From Verrucomicrobiota bacterium (lineage in GTDB: Bacteria > Verrucomicrobiota > Verrucomicrobiia > Limisphaerales > AAA164-E04), in NCBI GenBank assembly GCA_047947115.1, contig CP170459.1, forward strand, positions 3,776,001 to 3,840,000: a stretch of DNA of 64,000 bases, given 5' to 3'. Made by a program: the position numbers and the translations under genes. This document shows, piece after piece, positions 37,012 through 48,000 of this stretch. The notes beneath the pieces are model-generated. The model saw only the letters and a program-made list of their open reading frames with translations, ran no database searches and was not told the DNA's origin. Each line of letters starts with the position of its first letter. Position 1 is the stretch's first letter.

Positions 37012-39516
37012 CTAGCGAGTCGCTTTCAGGAGTATTGGTTTGCCGAGTGTGCGTAGTTCCAGTTTGAGGGCGGGTTCATTACCCTCGAATCGATAGCCCA
37101 GATTGATGGTTTGAACGCCTTGAGTGATCTGGAGGTTTTGGTCTTTGATGGGGGTTTTCTCCAGTTCATGCCAGGATGCATCGTAAGTGATCACCTCAGA
37201 TTGTCCGGAATACTTCAGCGTTTCACCAGGCTTCAGAGTGGATTTCAGATCCAGCGTCGTTGAACCATTGATTTCGAGTGTCACGTCGATGGCCGGTGAT
37301 TTTCCTGTGGAACGGATGATGAATTGCAAAGATTGAGGTTCGTATGGGTTGTCGAATTCATACGTTGAAAATGCAATCATGCCGGGCTGTTCATTGTGTT
37401 GGTGATCCTTTTTGAAGGAGTAGACAGGATGGAGTTGCCATGTTTCCTCTGGAGCGGGTTCGAGTTGAAATTCGTTCTGGATTTGCTGCAGTTGGGGTTT
37501 GAGGGATTCGGGAAATGCACCTTTCATACGCGCTGTTTCCCATTGGTTGATTTTTTCGATTATCCGAGAACCCATACCATTTTGATCAACCGTTTGATGG
37601 CTGGTTGCGAGGGCAAATCCGGCATCAAACCCTGCGGCCCGAGCCAGCAGCCATTCTGCATCCTCAACGGTGGTTTCCGCGTTCATCTGAAACCATCCCA
37701 ACATGCGGGGCATCAGATTGCGACTGTAGTAGGCCTGGTTCTTTAATCGATAGAGAGTCTGGCTTTCACGAAAACCGGCATACCATGGTTCGCCCCAGTT
37801 CATGCGGGTGTAAATGTGCCAGTTGTAATGGCCCGGATTGCTGGCGTCATTGATGACTGCTCCCTGAAGTCCGGGTTTCAAACGATCAAACCAAGCCTTG
37901 GTAAAGAGGGTTCTTCCGTATTGCCCCATGCCCGTCGACCAGTTGCCTTCGAGTCCGTCAAAGGATATCTGGGAAAGGTTCGTTTGATTGAATAAATCGG
38001 CGATGTTGCGGGCGATTTCGACGGAAAGGTCAGCGTTGCTCAAAAAAACACGGTAGCCATGGTCCATCAGTTTTGAAACTTTCTCACCTGTTGGATGCTC
38101 CGTGGCCGTCGTGTTCCAGGCCCCGCGTTGGCATCCGGTGAGGATCCACGGGTCTGATTCGGTCACTTGTTGATAGCGTATCAGTTCATCGCCAATCATG
38201 ACGGTGTTCATGGTCGTTTTCTTCTGAAAGAACAGGGGATCATCGATAGGGATGCGATCCTGTGAGGCATCCACTGGAGTGCTCAGGAAAGAAGTTCCGA
38301 CCACTGCCAGGCGCGGGTCCGGTTTCGGGCTGACGTAGGGATCGTTGGGTTTGATGAAATTCGAAAGCGTATGAACCCCAAGACGTATTCCGGATTCCCT
38401 GGCCCGCGCGACGCAACGCTCCATACTGGTCCAGTTGTCGGGAAATTGGCTGGTATTGAGTTGGAAATGTCCCCAGGTCTGAAATGGTCCGCCGTGATAA
38501 AGGTATCGCAGTCCCGCGCCTTTGGTGAGAGCGAGGGCATCGCCTATATTTTTTTCGCTGAACGACACGATCAAATATGAAGCCGTCGCATCCGGTGAAA
38601 CCTTGCCCCAGACACCGTCTATCATCGGGTGAGGCAGATTTTCGGCCAGTTCGATGGTGCCCAGAGATTCAAGCGCCTCTGTAGCAGCACATCCGAACAA
38701 TGCGATACGGCTCCCCACCAAGCCCCCGTCGTGATGTTTGGGGGCAAGGTAATGTTCATGTCCCCAGTTGGCGATTGTTCGGTCCTCGCTTCGATCACGG
38801 CAGTAGGCCTGGATCACGCTGCCGTAGTCCTTGTGCTCCGCTGTATTGCCTCGGTAGAGTTGCTCTCCTTCAAACTTGACGGAGATATCGGAAAAATCCG
38901 ATCCGTCAAAAATGTTGAACATCGGCATGATGTCGTCCTCCGATCGAGGGAAACCGCCCAGTGTTTTGGGGTTGAGGGATTGAATTCCGATGGCGTAATC
39001 CTTGTTGCGAACCACTCCGACGGTTTCGCCGACAATGGCTTTGATGGTTGTGGGATATGGCCCCCAAACCAGCAAATCAGCCTTCCCTGCAGGTTCGATG
39101 GAAAGCAGCTCCAGGGTGATATGACTTTGTTTTGATTCGAATCCAATCACGGCCTGGATGCCGGTTTTCTCAAAAAACAGCTCCATAGCAGAATCATCAT
39201 CCCGCCACTTCATTCGGTCGGGTGTATGAAAATCACCATCCACTCGCAAACTGATGACCGGCGCGTCGACAGATTCCGGGAGGTATTCGATGCCGCTGGC
39301 AGGATTCTTAAAAGAACGTATCTGTCCTTGTTCGAACTTGATGGTGAAAGATTCCGTTGAGAGATCTTCACCGTAAGCCCGTGCGGAAGTTCCCAAATAG
39401 AACGCAGCCAACGCGAAGATTAAAGAAAAAGAACGTTGCATCTGAAGCGATTGAAGCATGGTTTGAATAATGGAATACACGCAAACAAGGTTGCTACTCC
39501 CCATGGTGTTCGTCAA
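37012..39516 (-). CDS. Hypothetical exported protein, possibly a TIM-barrel glycoside hydrolase
   Basis: Signal-like segment SFSLIFALAAFYLGTSARA (true start probably downstream of 39516); WGHF, GIRLGVHTLSNFI, QISFDGLEG. Confidence 0.55.
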   Translation of the reverse strand: MTNTMGSSNLVCVYSIIQTMLQSLQMQRSFSLIFALAAFYLGTSARAYGEDLSTESFTIKFEQGQIRSFKNPASGIEYLPESVDAPVISLRVDGDFHTPDRMKWRDDDSAMELFFEKTGIQAVIGFESKQSHITLELLSIEPAGKADLLVWGPYPTTIKAIVGETVGVVRNKDYAIGIQSLNPKTLGGFPRSEDDIMPMFNIFDGSDFSDISVKFEGEQLYRGNTAEHKDYGSVIQAYCRDRSEDRTIANWGHEHYLAPKHHDGGLVGSRIALFGCAATEALESLGTIELAENLPHPMIDGVWGKVSPDATASYLIVSFSEKNIGDALALTKGAGLRYLYHGGPFQTWGHFQLNTSQFPDNWTSMERCVARARESGIRLGVHTLSNFIKPNDPYVSPKPDPRLAVVGTSFLSTPVDASQDRIPIDDPLFFQKKTTMNTVMIGDELIRYQQVTESDPWILTGCQRGAWNTTATEHPTGEKVSKLMDHGYRVFLSNADLSVEIARNIADLFNQTNLSQISFDGLEGNWSTGMGQYGRTLFTKAWFDRLKPGLQGAVINDASNPGHYNWHIYTRMNWGEPWYAGFRESQTLYRLKNQAYYSRNLMPRMLGWFQMNAETTVEDAEWLLARAAGFDAGFALATSHQTVDQNGMGSRIIEKINQWETARMKGAFPESLKPQLQQIQNEFQLEPAPEETWQLHPVYSFKKDHQHNEQPGMIAFSTYEFDNPYEPQSLQFIIRSTGKSPAIDVTLEINGSTTLDLKSTLKPGETLKYSGQSEVITYDASWHELEKTPIKDQNLQITQGVQTINLGYRFEGNEPALKLELRTLGKPILLKATR

Positions 39517-39625
39517 GCACCTGTCTTGGCTCCAGTGATGCTTGGCACCTTTTCATTGATACGGATGTCGAGGAGGCTTAGGTTCCTTTCATACTCCCTG
39601 TCATGGATGCAGGGATGAGTTAAAA

Positions 39626-40459
39626 GTGAAACGTAAGCATCAGGACTTCATCAAACAGGCGTTCTCGACTTTCTGGGTCGGGGCGCTCGGATTATTGTTT
39701 GCGTACCCCTTTCTTTGGATGGCGATGTCGGCGTTTAAAGAAAACAACCAGATTTTCCAGCCCCTGCAGTTTTGGCCCGCCAACTGGAACATGGAGTATT
39801 TCCGCCAGCTCACATCAGGCGAATGGATTCCTTTCTGGAAGGTCCTGGTCAATTCCCTGATCATAGCCTTGGGGCAGTCTCTTGGGGCCGTTTTTCTGAC
39901 GTCTCTAGCAGGTTTCACCTTTGCCAAACATCGGTTTCGCGGGCGTGGTTTTTTGTTTGTGACCTGTTTGTGCTTGATTGTTTTGCCTCGTCAGATGCTC
40001 GCCATCCCACTGTTTCAATGGATTCATAAAGTGGGATTATATGACTCGATGTTTGGAGTGATTTTGCCGGGGATGGCAAGTGGTTTGGGAGTTTTATACT
40101 TTACCCAGGTGTTCAAGCAGATGCCGAATCCATATCTTGAAGCCGCCCGCATCGAAGGGGCGGGGGAGTGGCGAACTTATTGGCTGGTATTGCCCCTGCT
40201 TGGTTCATCCTTGCTGAGTTATGGGTTGATCCATTTTATTCTCGCGTGGAACGAACATCTGGTTCCCATGCTGGTCTTGAACACGCCGGATCATCAGACC
40301 CTGCCTTTGGCGCTGAGCAGCCTTTATGGAAGCAGCCTTCGTTTCCCTTATGCCGTCCTGATGGCGGGTTCTTTCATGGCGATGATTCCCACCACCATTT
40401 TCTTTTTGATTAGTTACAGACGTTTCAAAAACTCACTTGCCAATGTGTTGAACAGTTAG
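39626..40459 (+). CDS. Carbohydrate ABC transporter permease (MalG-like)
   Basis: AGFTFAKHRFRGR; EAA loop LEAARIEGAGEWR; FILAWNE. Confidence 0.9.
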   Translation: MKRKHQDFIKQAFSTFWVGALGLLFAYPFLWMAMSAFKENNQIFQPLQFWPANWNMEYFRQLTSGEWIPFWKVLVNSLIIALGQSLGAVFLTSLAGFTFAKHRFRGRGFLFVTCLCLIVLPRQMLAIPLFQWIHKVGLYDSMFGVILPGMASGLGVLYFTQVFKQMPNPYLEAARIEGAGEWRTYWLVLPLLGSSLLSYGLIHFILAWNEHLVPMLVLNTPDHQTLPLALSSLYGSSLRFPYAVLMAGSFMAMIPTTIFFLISYRRFKNSLANVLNS

Positions 40460-40460
40460 A

Positions 40461-41159
40461 TCAAGCTTTTTTCTTTGCGTAACTCCGTTTGCCGAAGAGC
40501 GAGGTGCCGATGCGGGCCATCGTGGAACCTTCCTCAATGGCGATTTCGAAGTCGTTGCTCATTCCCATGCTGAGCACGGGAAAGGGGACGCCCATGATGT
40601 ACTCGCATTCTTTGCGAAGGTTGTTCAGTTGTCGAAACACCGGGCGTGTTTTTTCGGGTTCGGGCGTCCAGGGTGCCATCGTCATGAATCCGTGGATTTC
40701 GAGACGATCCAGGTCGTTCAGGTTCTCAATTTGTTCAAGCACTTCGGCGGGACTGAAACCGTGTTTGCTGGCTTCCCCGGACACGTTGACTTCGAGCAGT
40801 ATTCGGGCGGTTCTTGCCTGTTTTTCGCAGGATTCCTGCAGGGCTTCCGCAAGGTGAAAGCTGTCCACTCCGTGGATCATGTGAAACAATCGCACGGCGT
40901 CACGTGCTTTGTTGGTTTGAAGGTGCCCAATGAAATGCCATTCGGCGTTTCTTGGCCCTTGGGGAATCTTGAGTTTGGCCTCCTGAATCTTGTTTTCACC
41001 AAAACAGTTCAAACCCAGTTCCGACGCCTCATGGACACGGTCTATTTTGTGTCCTTTGCTGACGGCTAGCAGGGTGACTTCGGAAGGATCGCGTTGCGCG
41101 TTTTCGCATGCGGTTGCGATTTGTCGTTGTATGATCGATAGATTGGTTTCCAAATCCAT
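40461..41159 (-). CDS. yggS: PLP homeostasis protein YggS
   Basis: LLAVSKG, FGENKIQE, WHFIGHLQTNK, LSMGMSNDFEIAIEEGSTMARIGTSLFG; start 41159 or 41165. Confidence 0.95.
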   Translation of the reverse strand: MDLETNLSIIQRQIATACENAQRDPSEVTLLAVSKGHKIDRVHEASELGLNCFGENKIQEAKLKIPQGPRNAEWHFIGHLQTNKARDAVRLFHMIHGVDSFHLAEALQESCEKQARTARILLEVNVSGEASKHGFSPAEVLEQIENLNDLDRLEIHGFMTMAPWTPEPEKTRPVFRQLNNLRKECEYIMGVPFPVLSMGMSNDFEIAIEEGSTMARIGTSLFGKRSYAKKKA

Positions 41160-41184
41160 GTGCATGCAAATGGCTCTGTGATGT

Positions 41185-42687
41185 CTACTGATTTTCCTTT
41201 GAAGCCACTCGCTGGAAGTCGAGTTTTTCAAAGGCGGATAGCTTCATGTCGATGGGACCATATATGTCGCTGCTACCATGAATCAAGTCCCCGCCGATAT
41301 CCTTAAGAAGAAACTGAAGGTTGCCCCCGCCTACCAGAGTGGCGTTGACTTCGCCCTTGCGAACCGGGCGGACGGTGTCCTGAATGCCCCCTATTTCAAT
41401 TTTCTCCACCTCCTCCAAGCCGATTGCCGTGATGGTTTCCCCCATCTTGAATTGAAGGCTATCGACGGATGCCTCAACGAGGTTCCCAACGAGTTTGTCC
41501 CCGTTGCGGAGTGTGAGCAAATCTTGAGTGGCCTGGGGGCGGTTGGCTGGGGGCGCTTCGAATCGTCCGTCCCATTCACGGATCTTGATGTTGCTGACGC
41601 GTAATGCGCCCTGGCCCTGGTGGACGAGTCGAATGCCTTTGCCCATTCCGGCAAATCCTCCCTGATCCACCCATCGTTTGACCATTTTGCCATTCACAAG
41701 AAGACTGATGCTGTTGTCTGCTTTGTTGGTGCGGACATCGATGTGGGCTTTTTCTGATTGGCGGAAAATGGGTGTTTGCGTCATGCCGAGGTACTGGAGT
41801 GGTTCCTTTTGTTTTACCATCAAAACGTTGACGGCATAGCTGGTCAGTTGAAGACTGTAAAAGCCTCCGAAATCCGGTTCGAGATCCTTGTCTGCGAGAC
41901 TGACTGGTTGGAGGTAATCCGTATAAAGCGCTACCGCCAGGTTGAGGGATCCTTTCCATTCCATGTCAAATTCCATGCGCATGCGGTCGGGCATGCCGAT
42001 GATGCGAGCGATGGAGGCTGCTTTCAGTGCGTAAAACGCACCATTGCGGTAGGCCCAGTCTCCGCCGTCCAGTTCCTTGGTCGTGACCTTGCCCATCGTC
42101 CATCCTTCCAGGCCTTTGGGACCTTCAAAGATGAACTGGGTATCCGAGTGCATGAATTCCGCCCATTGCCAGTGTTGGCGCGGGACTTTCAGGCGCCCGC
42201 TGAACGGAGTGTCTATGGTCAGGAATTCGGCGTCCAGTCCTACCCAATCTCCAGTATAATTGTCTCCGTTTGCGAGTTGCAGCCGCATGCGTTCCCTCGG
42301 GAGAGCGGTCCCTTTCGGGCGATCGCCGAGCACGATTTCATCCAGTGTTTCGGAATCAAATTCAAACGGTACGTCAATATCGGATCGGTTCCAGAAAGTT
42401 TTGCCGGGTTGTTGGAAGGTTTGAAGCATACCGGACAACTGATCGCCGTTCACCAGCAGAAGCATGTCCTTGGACAAGGGGGGCGTTGCCGGTTTCAATT
42501 CGGGAAGAGCCACCGTCGCCGGTTCGTTGGTCGTCGCTGTGGATGCAGACACGCCCTGGGCATCCGCTGCGGTTGTTTCCGCATCGGGGTTTACGACAAT
42601 GTCCTGTGCCCGCAACCTTCCGGTGAGGATGCAACAGAGACTAAGGGCGATGATCCATGTTCCAATATGTGTCCGCTGCTTGCTCAT
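41185..42687 (-). CDS. Hypothetical exported protein (repeated L.NGD.L.G motifs plus central beta-sandwich)
   Basis: Signal peptide from MSKQRT; LVNGDQLSG, LANGDNYTG, LRNGDKLVG; resembles the upstream gene. Confidence 0.7.
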   Translation of the reverse strand: MSKQRTHIGTWIIALSLCCILTGRLRAQDIVVNPDAETTAADAQGVSASTATTNEPATVALPELKPATPPLSKDMLLLVNGDQLSGMLQTFQQPGKTFWNRSDIDVPFEFDSETLDEIVLGDRPKGTALPRERMRLQLANGDNYTGDWVGLDAEFLTIDTPFSGRLKVPRQHWQWAEFMHSDTQFIFEGPKGLEGWTMGKVTTKELDGGDWAYRNGAFYALKAASIARIIGMPDRMRMEFDMEWKGSLNLAVALYTDYLQPVSLADKDLEPDFGGFYSLQLTSYAVNVLMVKQKEPLQYLGMTQTPIFRQSEKAHIDVRTNKADNSISLLVNGKMVKRWVDQGGFAGMGKGIRLVHQGQGALRVSNIKIREWDGRFEAPPANRPQATQDLLTLRNGDKLVGNLVEASVDSLQFKMGETITAIGLEEVEKIEIGGIQDTVRPVRKGEVNATLVGGGNLQFLLKDIGGDLIHGSSDIYGPIDMKLSAFEKLDFQRVASKENQ

Positions 42688-44050
42688 ACTGTTGCGATTG
42701 AAGTTTGAGGTTGAACTCGATCTGCCGAATGGCTCCGCTCTTGAACTGAAGATCCCCAAAGTGCTGGCTTTCTCCGATTAAAAGATCGTCATTCCAAGAA
42801 ACGAGATTAAAAGACAGGCTGCCGCCACCCGCAAAATGAGCGCGAATTGCCCGGGGGTTGCCGGGAATGGCGTCCTCTGTGGCCGGTTCGTTGTTGAACT
42901 GGATTTGTTTGATACGTTCCATGGGAATGCGGATATCCCGTTCTTTGCGCAGCTTGAAATGTACTTTTCTATCCTGAATTTCCACCACATCCCCCTTGGG
43001 CTTGTCATGATTGATCAGGTAGAGCACGTCACTTTCCGGGGCTTGGTCCAAGTCCAAATCCGATTCATCCGTACCGTCCCACTCCGTGACCAGCATGTTG
43101 CTCAGGGAAAACGAGGAGGCGCTGAGTTGTGATGCGAGTGAAATGCCCCGGCCCTCGGCGACAAACCCCCGGTTGTCACGGAACGTTGCCGCCAGTATGT
43201 CGTCGATGTAGACGGCAAATTTGGCCGTTTCCCGATGAGCCCGAATGCTGAATCGTGCCTGATTGCGGCCGGAAAGGTTCTCGATGCGCGTTTGTCCCAA
43301 TGTCAGGACGCCGGTGCCTGGTTGAACACGTTGGAACGATACAAATTGCGGGCTTAAAAAGAAAATGTAGGAGCCTTGTCGGTAATCAAATCGATTGAAG
43401 GTATCGGTAAACAACGTTACGCTCAGCTGGTAGGGTTGATCCCATTCCAGGTCAAAGGACAGGTTGCAGGAATCGGTCAAATCGAAATTGCGTCCCAGAA
43501 CACCCCGGTTGACGATGCGCAACTGACCGTCGGCATAGGCCCAGCCGTTTTGCCCCTGACCCATTTCCCATTCACTGATGTCATTCGGGCCTTCATACAG
43601 AACCTTGTATCCGCTCATGAGAAACGCGATGCGTTTCAACGCGGAACGATCGGTTACCAGTCGACCGCCAAACCAGGTCGTCAAGGCAACCCTTTCCTGA
43701 CCGAGGAAATCCAGATTGCCGTAGATCAAGTCTCCATTGGTAAATTCAATCCGGCATTCCGGCTGTATCAGATTCTGAACGCTGGTGCGGGGGTTCAGTC
43801 GCAACCGTGAAAGATGATCCAATTGAAAGCGTACCGAATTGCTGGAAAGGGGATGCTTCCATTGCAATCCATCCGATTCGGACAACCCCTTCAGCTCGCC
43901 GTGCAGATCGGATCCGTCTGTCAGTTCAAGGATTTGATCGGTTGAGGAAGATTGCCCTTGTGTGTTGATTCCGGAAGCAACCAGGATTGCGATGACCAAC
44001 AGGCATCGTGTGAATAAAGCGAATGATCTGGTCAAGACATCAACGTTCAT
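42641..44050 (-). CDS. Hypothetical exported protein, paralog of the downstream gene
   Basis: LTDGSDLHG, FTNGDLIYG, LINHDKPKG; YEGPNDISEW versus FEGPKGLEGW. Confidence 0.7.
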   Translation of the reverse strand: MNVDVLTRSFALFTRCLLVIAILVASGINTQGQSSSTDQILELTDGSDLHGELKGLSESDGLQWKHPLSSNSVRFQLDHLSRLRLNPRTSVQNLIQPECRIEFTNGDLIYGNLDFLGQERVALTTWFGGRLVTDRSALKRIAFLMSGYKVLYEGPNDISEWEMGQGQNGWAYADGQLRIVNRGVLGRNFDLTDSCNLSFDLEWDQPYQLSVTLFTDTFNRFDYRQGSYIFFLSPQFVSFQRVQPGTGVLTLGQTRIENLSGRNQARFSIRAHRETAKFAVYIDDILAATFRDNRGFVAEGRGISLASQLSASSFSLSNMLVTEWDGTDESDLDLDQAPESDVLYLINHDKPKGDVVEIQDRKVHFKLRKERDIRIPMERIKQIQFNNEPATEDAIPGNPRAIRAHFAGGGSLSFNLVSWNDDLLIGESQHFGDLQFKSGAIRQIEFNLKLQSQQYEQAADTYWNMDHRP

Positions 44051-45050
44051 AGATGGGGAGAAATCGATAGTTCAATGCCAGTGACAATAGGGAAGCGGAC
44101 GTGCTGAAGGTGGAGCCGAATTGACCATCCCAACTTCCGTTCGAGTTTTGAGCCTGTTTCAGCTCGGTGATGTTTTCCCTGTTCCACGCGTTCCAGTCTT
44201 CCGGAGAGGCGTGGAAGAAGGCCTGCGATCCGTAATAAAGGAAGTAATGATAATAGCTCGATGATTTGTTGGATCGTTTGAGAAAAGTGAAGGCGGATTG
44301 AAACGCCGCGGTTTCCTTGCGCTTGGCCAGCGCCAGCACCAGGCAGCCGATGGCTGTTCGGGGGCCGTTGGGGCCGGACGCAGATGTATAGCCGAAACCT
44401 CCGTCGGTCGATTGACAAGTCAAAAAGAATTCCAGGCCCTTCTCAATCGCTTCCTGAGGGACGGACAATCCAGCGTTGCGCGCGGCGAACAAGGCGACCA
44501 TTTGCGCCCCACTGACGGTGGTGTCCGCATCCTTGCTTTCAGGGGAATAACGCCAGGCATTCTTTGGATTGTTGGACTGGCTCGTGAGAATCAGGTTGAT
44601 GGCCAGTTCCAGAGCCGGTCCGATGCGCTCGTCAATAACGGATCCGTAGGCTTCCGCCAAAGCGAGCGTGGCGAATCCGTGGTTGTACATGGTCCTGCCA
44701 ATGTAGCCGGTTCGGGGGTTTTGTTCGGACAGGATGAAGTCCAGAGCCCGGCTGACGGTCAGGGCGTAAGGTCCATGATTGGGATCGTCCCCGTGTGCCA
44801 GAATACTGACCATTGTCAATCCGACCACGCCGGGCTCCATGCCGTAGGGCCGGTCGTCCCAATTACCTCGTTCCGTTTGGGTGGAGGAGAGGTATTGGAG
44901 ACCCTTAACATAAATACGGTCGACTTCCGTTGCCGCCAGATCAATCTGATCGGTGAACAACTGTTGTGCCTGTAATGGAACCGCGACAAGCGGAGCGAAC
45001 AACAAAGTGCGCAACAGGATGAGCAGAATCTGGACGCGATCAGGCATCAT
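44040..45050 (-). CDS. Exported prenyltransferase/squalene-oxidase-repeat (QW motif) protein
   Basis: QTERGNW, MYNHGFATLALAEAYG, QSTDGGFGY, QNSNGSW repeats. Confidence 0.88.
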   Translation of the reverse strand: MMPDRVQILLILLRTLLFAPLVAVPLQAQQLFTDQIDLAATEVDRIYVKGLQYLSSTQTERGNWDDRPYGMEPGVVGLTMVSILAHGDDPNHGPYALTVSRALDFILSEQNPRTGYIGRTMYNHGFATLALAEAYGSVIDERIGPALELAINLILTSQSNNPKNAWRYSPESKDADTTVSGAQMVALFAARNAGLSVPQEAIEKGLEFFLTCQSTDGGFGYTSASGPNGPRTAIGCLVLALAKRKETAAFQSAFTFLKRSNKSSSYYHYFLYYGSQAFFHASPEDWNAWNRENITELKQAQNSNGSWDGQFGSTFSTSASLLSLALNYRFLPIYER

Positions 45051-48000
45051 GGGTTGTCTCCATTCTCATTGGCTGAATTGGCTGTTGCAGGTGGTGTGAG
45101 CTGTTCCAGTTTCTGGAAGTAGGCCTCAAAAGAACTGCGAAATTCAACGGGCAGATTTGCCGCCTGACCGCTTCCCCGCGAAACACGGCGTGATTCACCT
45201 TCGTCGCCATCGTCCTTGCCTCCCTGATTGGAGGATTCCTGCTGGGTATCGCCACCTGCGGTGCTGCCCCCGCCGGTCTGACTGTTGGCCTGTTCGCCCA
45301 TTCCCTGACTGGCCATCATCATCTGCATCATGAAGGACATGGCCTGGTTGGCACTGGATGAACTGCTGCCCTGTTGGGCCTGTTCGTTCAGGATGTTGAT
45401 CAGATCGGTCAGAGCGTGAATGGAATCTGTCTCTGGTTTGACCGCTCGATCATCCGTCTGTCCGCGCGCCAGAGCGTCGGCCGCGTTGGCCATGTGGGAA
45501 TGAACTTCCTCAAAAATGGGATCCAGAAAAGGCATGGGCAATTCGGCTCGGACATCCAGCACCTTATCCTGCATCTCACTCTGTTGCCGACTGAGTTCCT
45601 TTGCTTTTTCGAGAGTGACTTCGGGAGGAGCGGACTGCTGTCGTTGCAGTAGTTTCGTCTGCATGCGCAGATTCAGTTCACTTTCACGGGTTCGCAACAA
45701 GGCCATCAATTGTTCAGTGAAATCCTGCTGTTCACCTTCGCCGCCGCCTTCACCGCCGCCACCACCTTCGGAATCCTGTTCCGGTTCCAGATGCTTGGCC
45801 CAATCTTCAAACTGCTTCGCCCAGACAGCAACCTGATCGGCGGCTTCCATGGTGATGTTTTTCATGATCAGTTCGCGGGACGAAACCAGGCCTTCTTCGG
45901 TCTGTTTTTCTTTCATGTCCTCGCTGACTTCGCCGTAAGGCTCCTTTTGGGTGCGTTCGTAAAAACGGCCTATTTCTTCCTGAATTTCCTTGGATTGCGT
46001 GGCGGTCTCGTTCTGGGTTTCGCCCAGTTTGTCGTGGAGAGCCCGCCAGCGAGGCGCCAATTCATCCGGGAACAGGCCGATGGTATCCTCGGCCCCTTCC
46101 ATCAGGGTAGCCTCCAGTTCGGTTTCGGTACGACTCAAGGACCTCAGGCGTTGGGCCAGAGTCAAAGCCTGCAATTGATCAAGGTCCTCGTTCACCATGG
46201 CCTGGAGTTCCTCCAGTCTTTCCATGATTTCCTGTTCGGTTTGCTGGGCCTCCTGCATGGCTTGTTGGGCATTTTGGGATGCCGAACTTTGGGAGGATTG
46301 AGGGCTTTGAGATGATTGAGAACTTTGCGGACTCTCTGAAGCTTGGGACGCCTGTGCGGCCTCGTTCAATGATTGTGCGGCCTGTTGCATCTTGTCATTG
46401 GCCAACTGTTGCATCTCGCTCAGAGTCTCCGACCATTCCGACATGACTTCGTCGGTGAACGCCGGATTACGCATGCCTTCTCGCAGGGTTTCCATGCCTT
46501 TGCGGGCGAGTTCAGCCAACTGGGCGGCATTCAGTTTCTGGTCGGTTGCCTGATCTTCCAAACGTGCTGCCAAGTCTTCAGGGGACAGGTTTTTCATGTC
46601 CTCCAGGGCTTCCGCTGTTGCTCCGGCAATGGATTGTTCCAGGCGGGATACATCTTCAAGCTGGGTCAGGAGCGCTTCGAGTTCCTGTCGCACCCGTTCG
46701 GCGTGTTCGACCGAGCTGACAATGTGGATGCGGTAAATCGGAGTTTCGGTCGGTGTTCGTCCGGGAAAGAAATCAGTGACGAAACCGGTTAATTCCACCA
46801 CATCCCCGGGTTCCACGTTGTAAAGGTTCGGGCTGAAATAAAAGGAAACCTTGAGCTCTTGTTGGGATGGGTTCAGGGCTCCATCCCTGAAATCGAACTT
46901 CAGGGTGTCTTCCGAGGGCTGGATGCCGTTCATCGTTCCCCAGTTGATGCCGAACTCATTCACACCGAAATCGTCGCGCACCTCGGTTTTGAGCTCCAGG
47001 GCTTCTGTTTCCAGAATGGCTATTTCCCTCGCCATTTCCGGGAATTGAAACGATGGCGCCTGATCTTCACGCTGGCGGATGGTCAGGTTCCATGGTTGCG
47101 CGTTGGTGAATCCATATCGGTCTTTCCAACCCAGATCCGCATGGTAAATGTTGGTGGTTTCCATCCAGTCCGTGGAGAAATTCTCATCTTCAATGTTCAC
47201 CTGAGCCAGTTCCAGACTGCCCCACAGGAGGTTTACAGATTGCAGTTCACGGTTGATGGTTCCTTTCAATTGGACTTTGGAACCTTTCAAAAGATCCAGA
47301 CCTCCCGAGGTGACGTCGGAAGTTTCGTCTTCGTGTTTGAGGTAGTCCGGCATCCGGATCGTTGCCTGTAGCGACGCCAGGGTGGGGCGTTGCATAGGGG
47401 TCACATTGGATCGGGCGGATCCGTCCCCGACCGTGACCTGCATGGCTGTTTCCTTGAATTGGCCGGGTATTTCCAGTCGAATCTGATTGTTTTCCACCTT
47501 GCCGGTCACCTGATAACCCGACTCCAGATGAACCGTGACTTGATCGGGTTTCCAGAAGGAGAGGTAATTGACCTTGGCCTCCATCCAGAAAGGTTCGCCC
47601 CGGATGGTAAGGTGTTCTTGTTTCAAAGGCTCCACCGTGACCAGTGTGTATCGTGTGATATCTCCGCCCGGGTTGATCCAGCGGCTGAGGGCATTGGAAA
47701 AAGCGCCCGGCAGAAGGACAATCAGGATCAGGGAAACGACCGCCAGCAGGATGGAAGTGAAGCCCAATCTGCGCAGCCACGTGCTGGAAACAGCCAGCGT
47801 GAAATCGCAATTTTTGGCATCCGCGTCCACTTGCCGTACGGCGGCCTCGTAGAGTTCTTCTGAATAATTGGTTTCGTCGGAAGTATCTTCGGTCAGTTCC
47901 ACGATACCCAGCAAACGGTCACCCAGGATCCGATACCGACGTTGCACCAACCGTGAGTAGTCACGCAAATGACGCTCCGCAATCATCCAGCGCCATCCCC

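Noticed and set aside
46280..46350. SQSSQSPQSSQSS low-complexity repeat in the coiled-coil gene
   Set aside because: Ordinary in-frame linker with degenerate codons; no sign of a phase-variable tract
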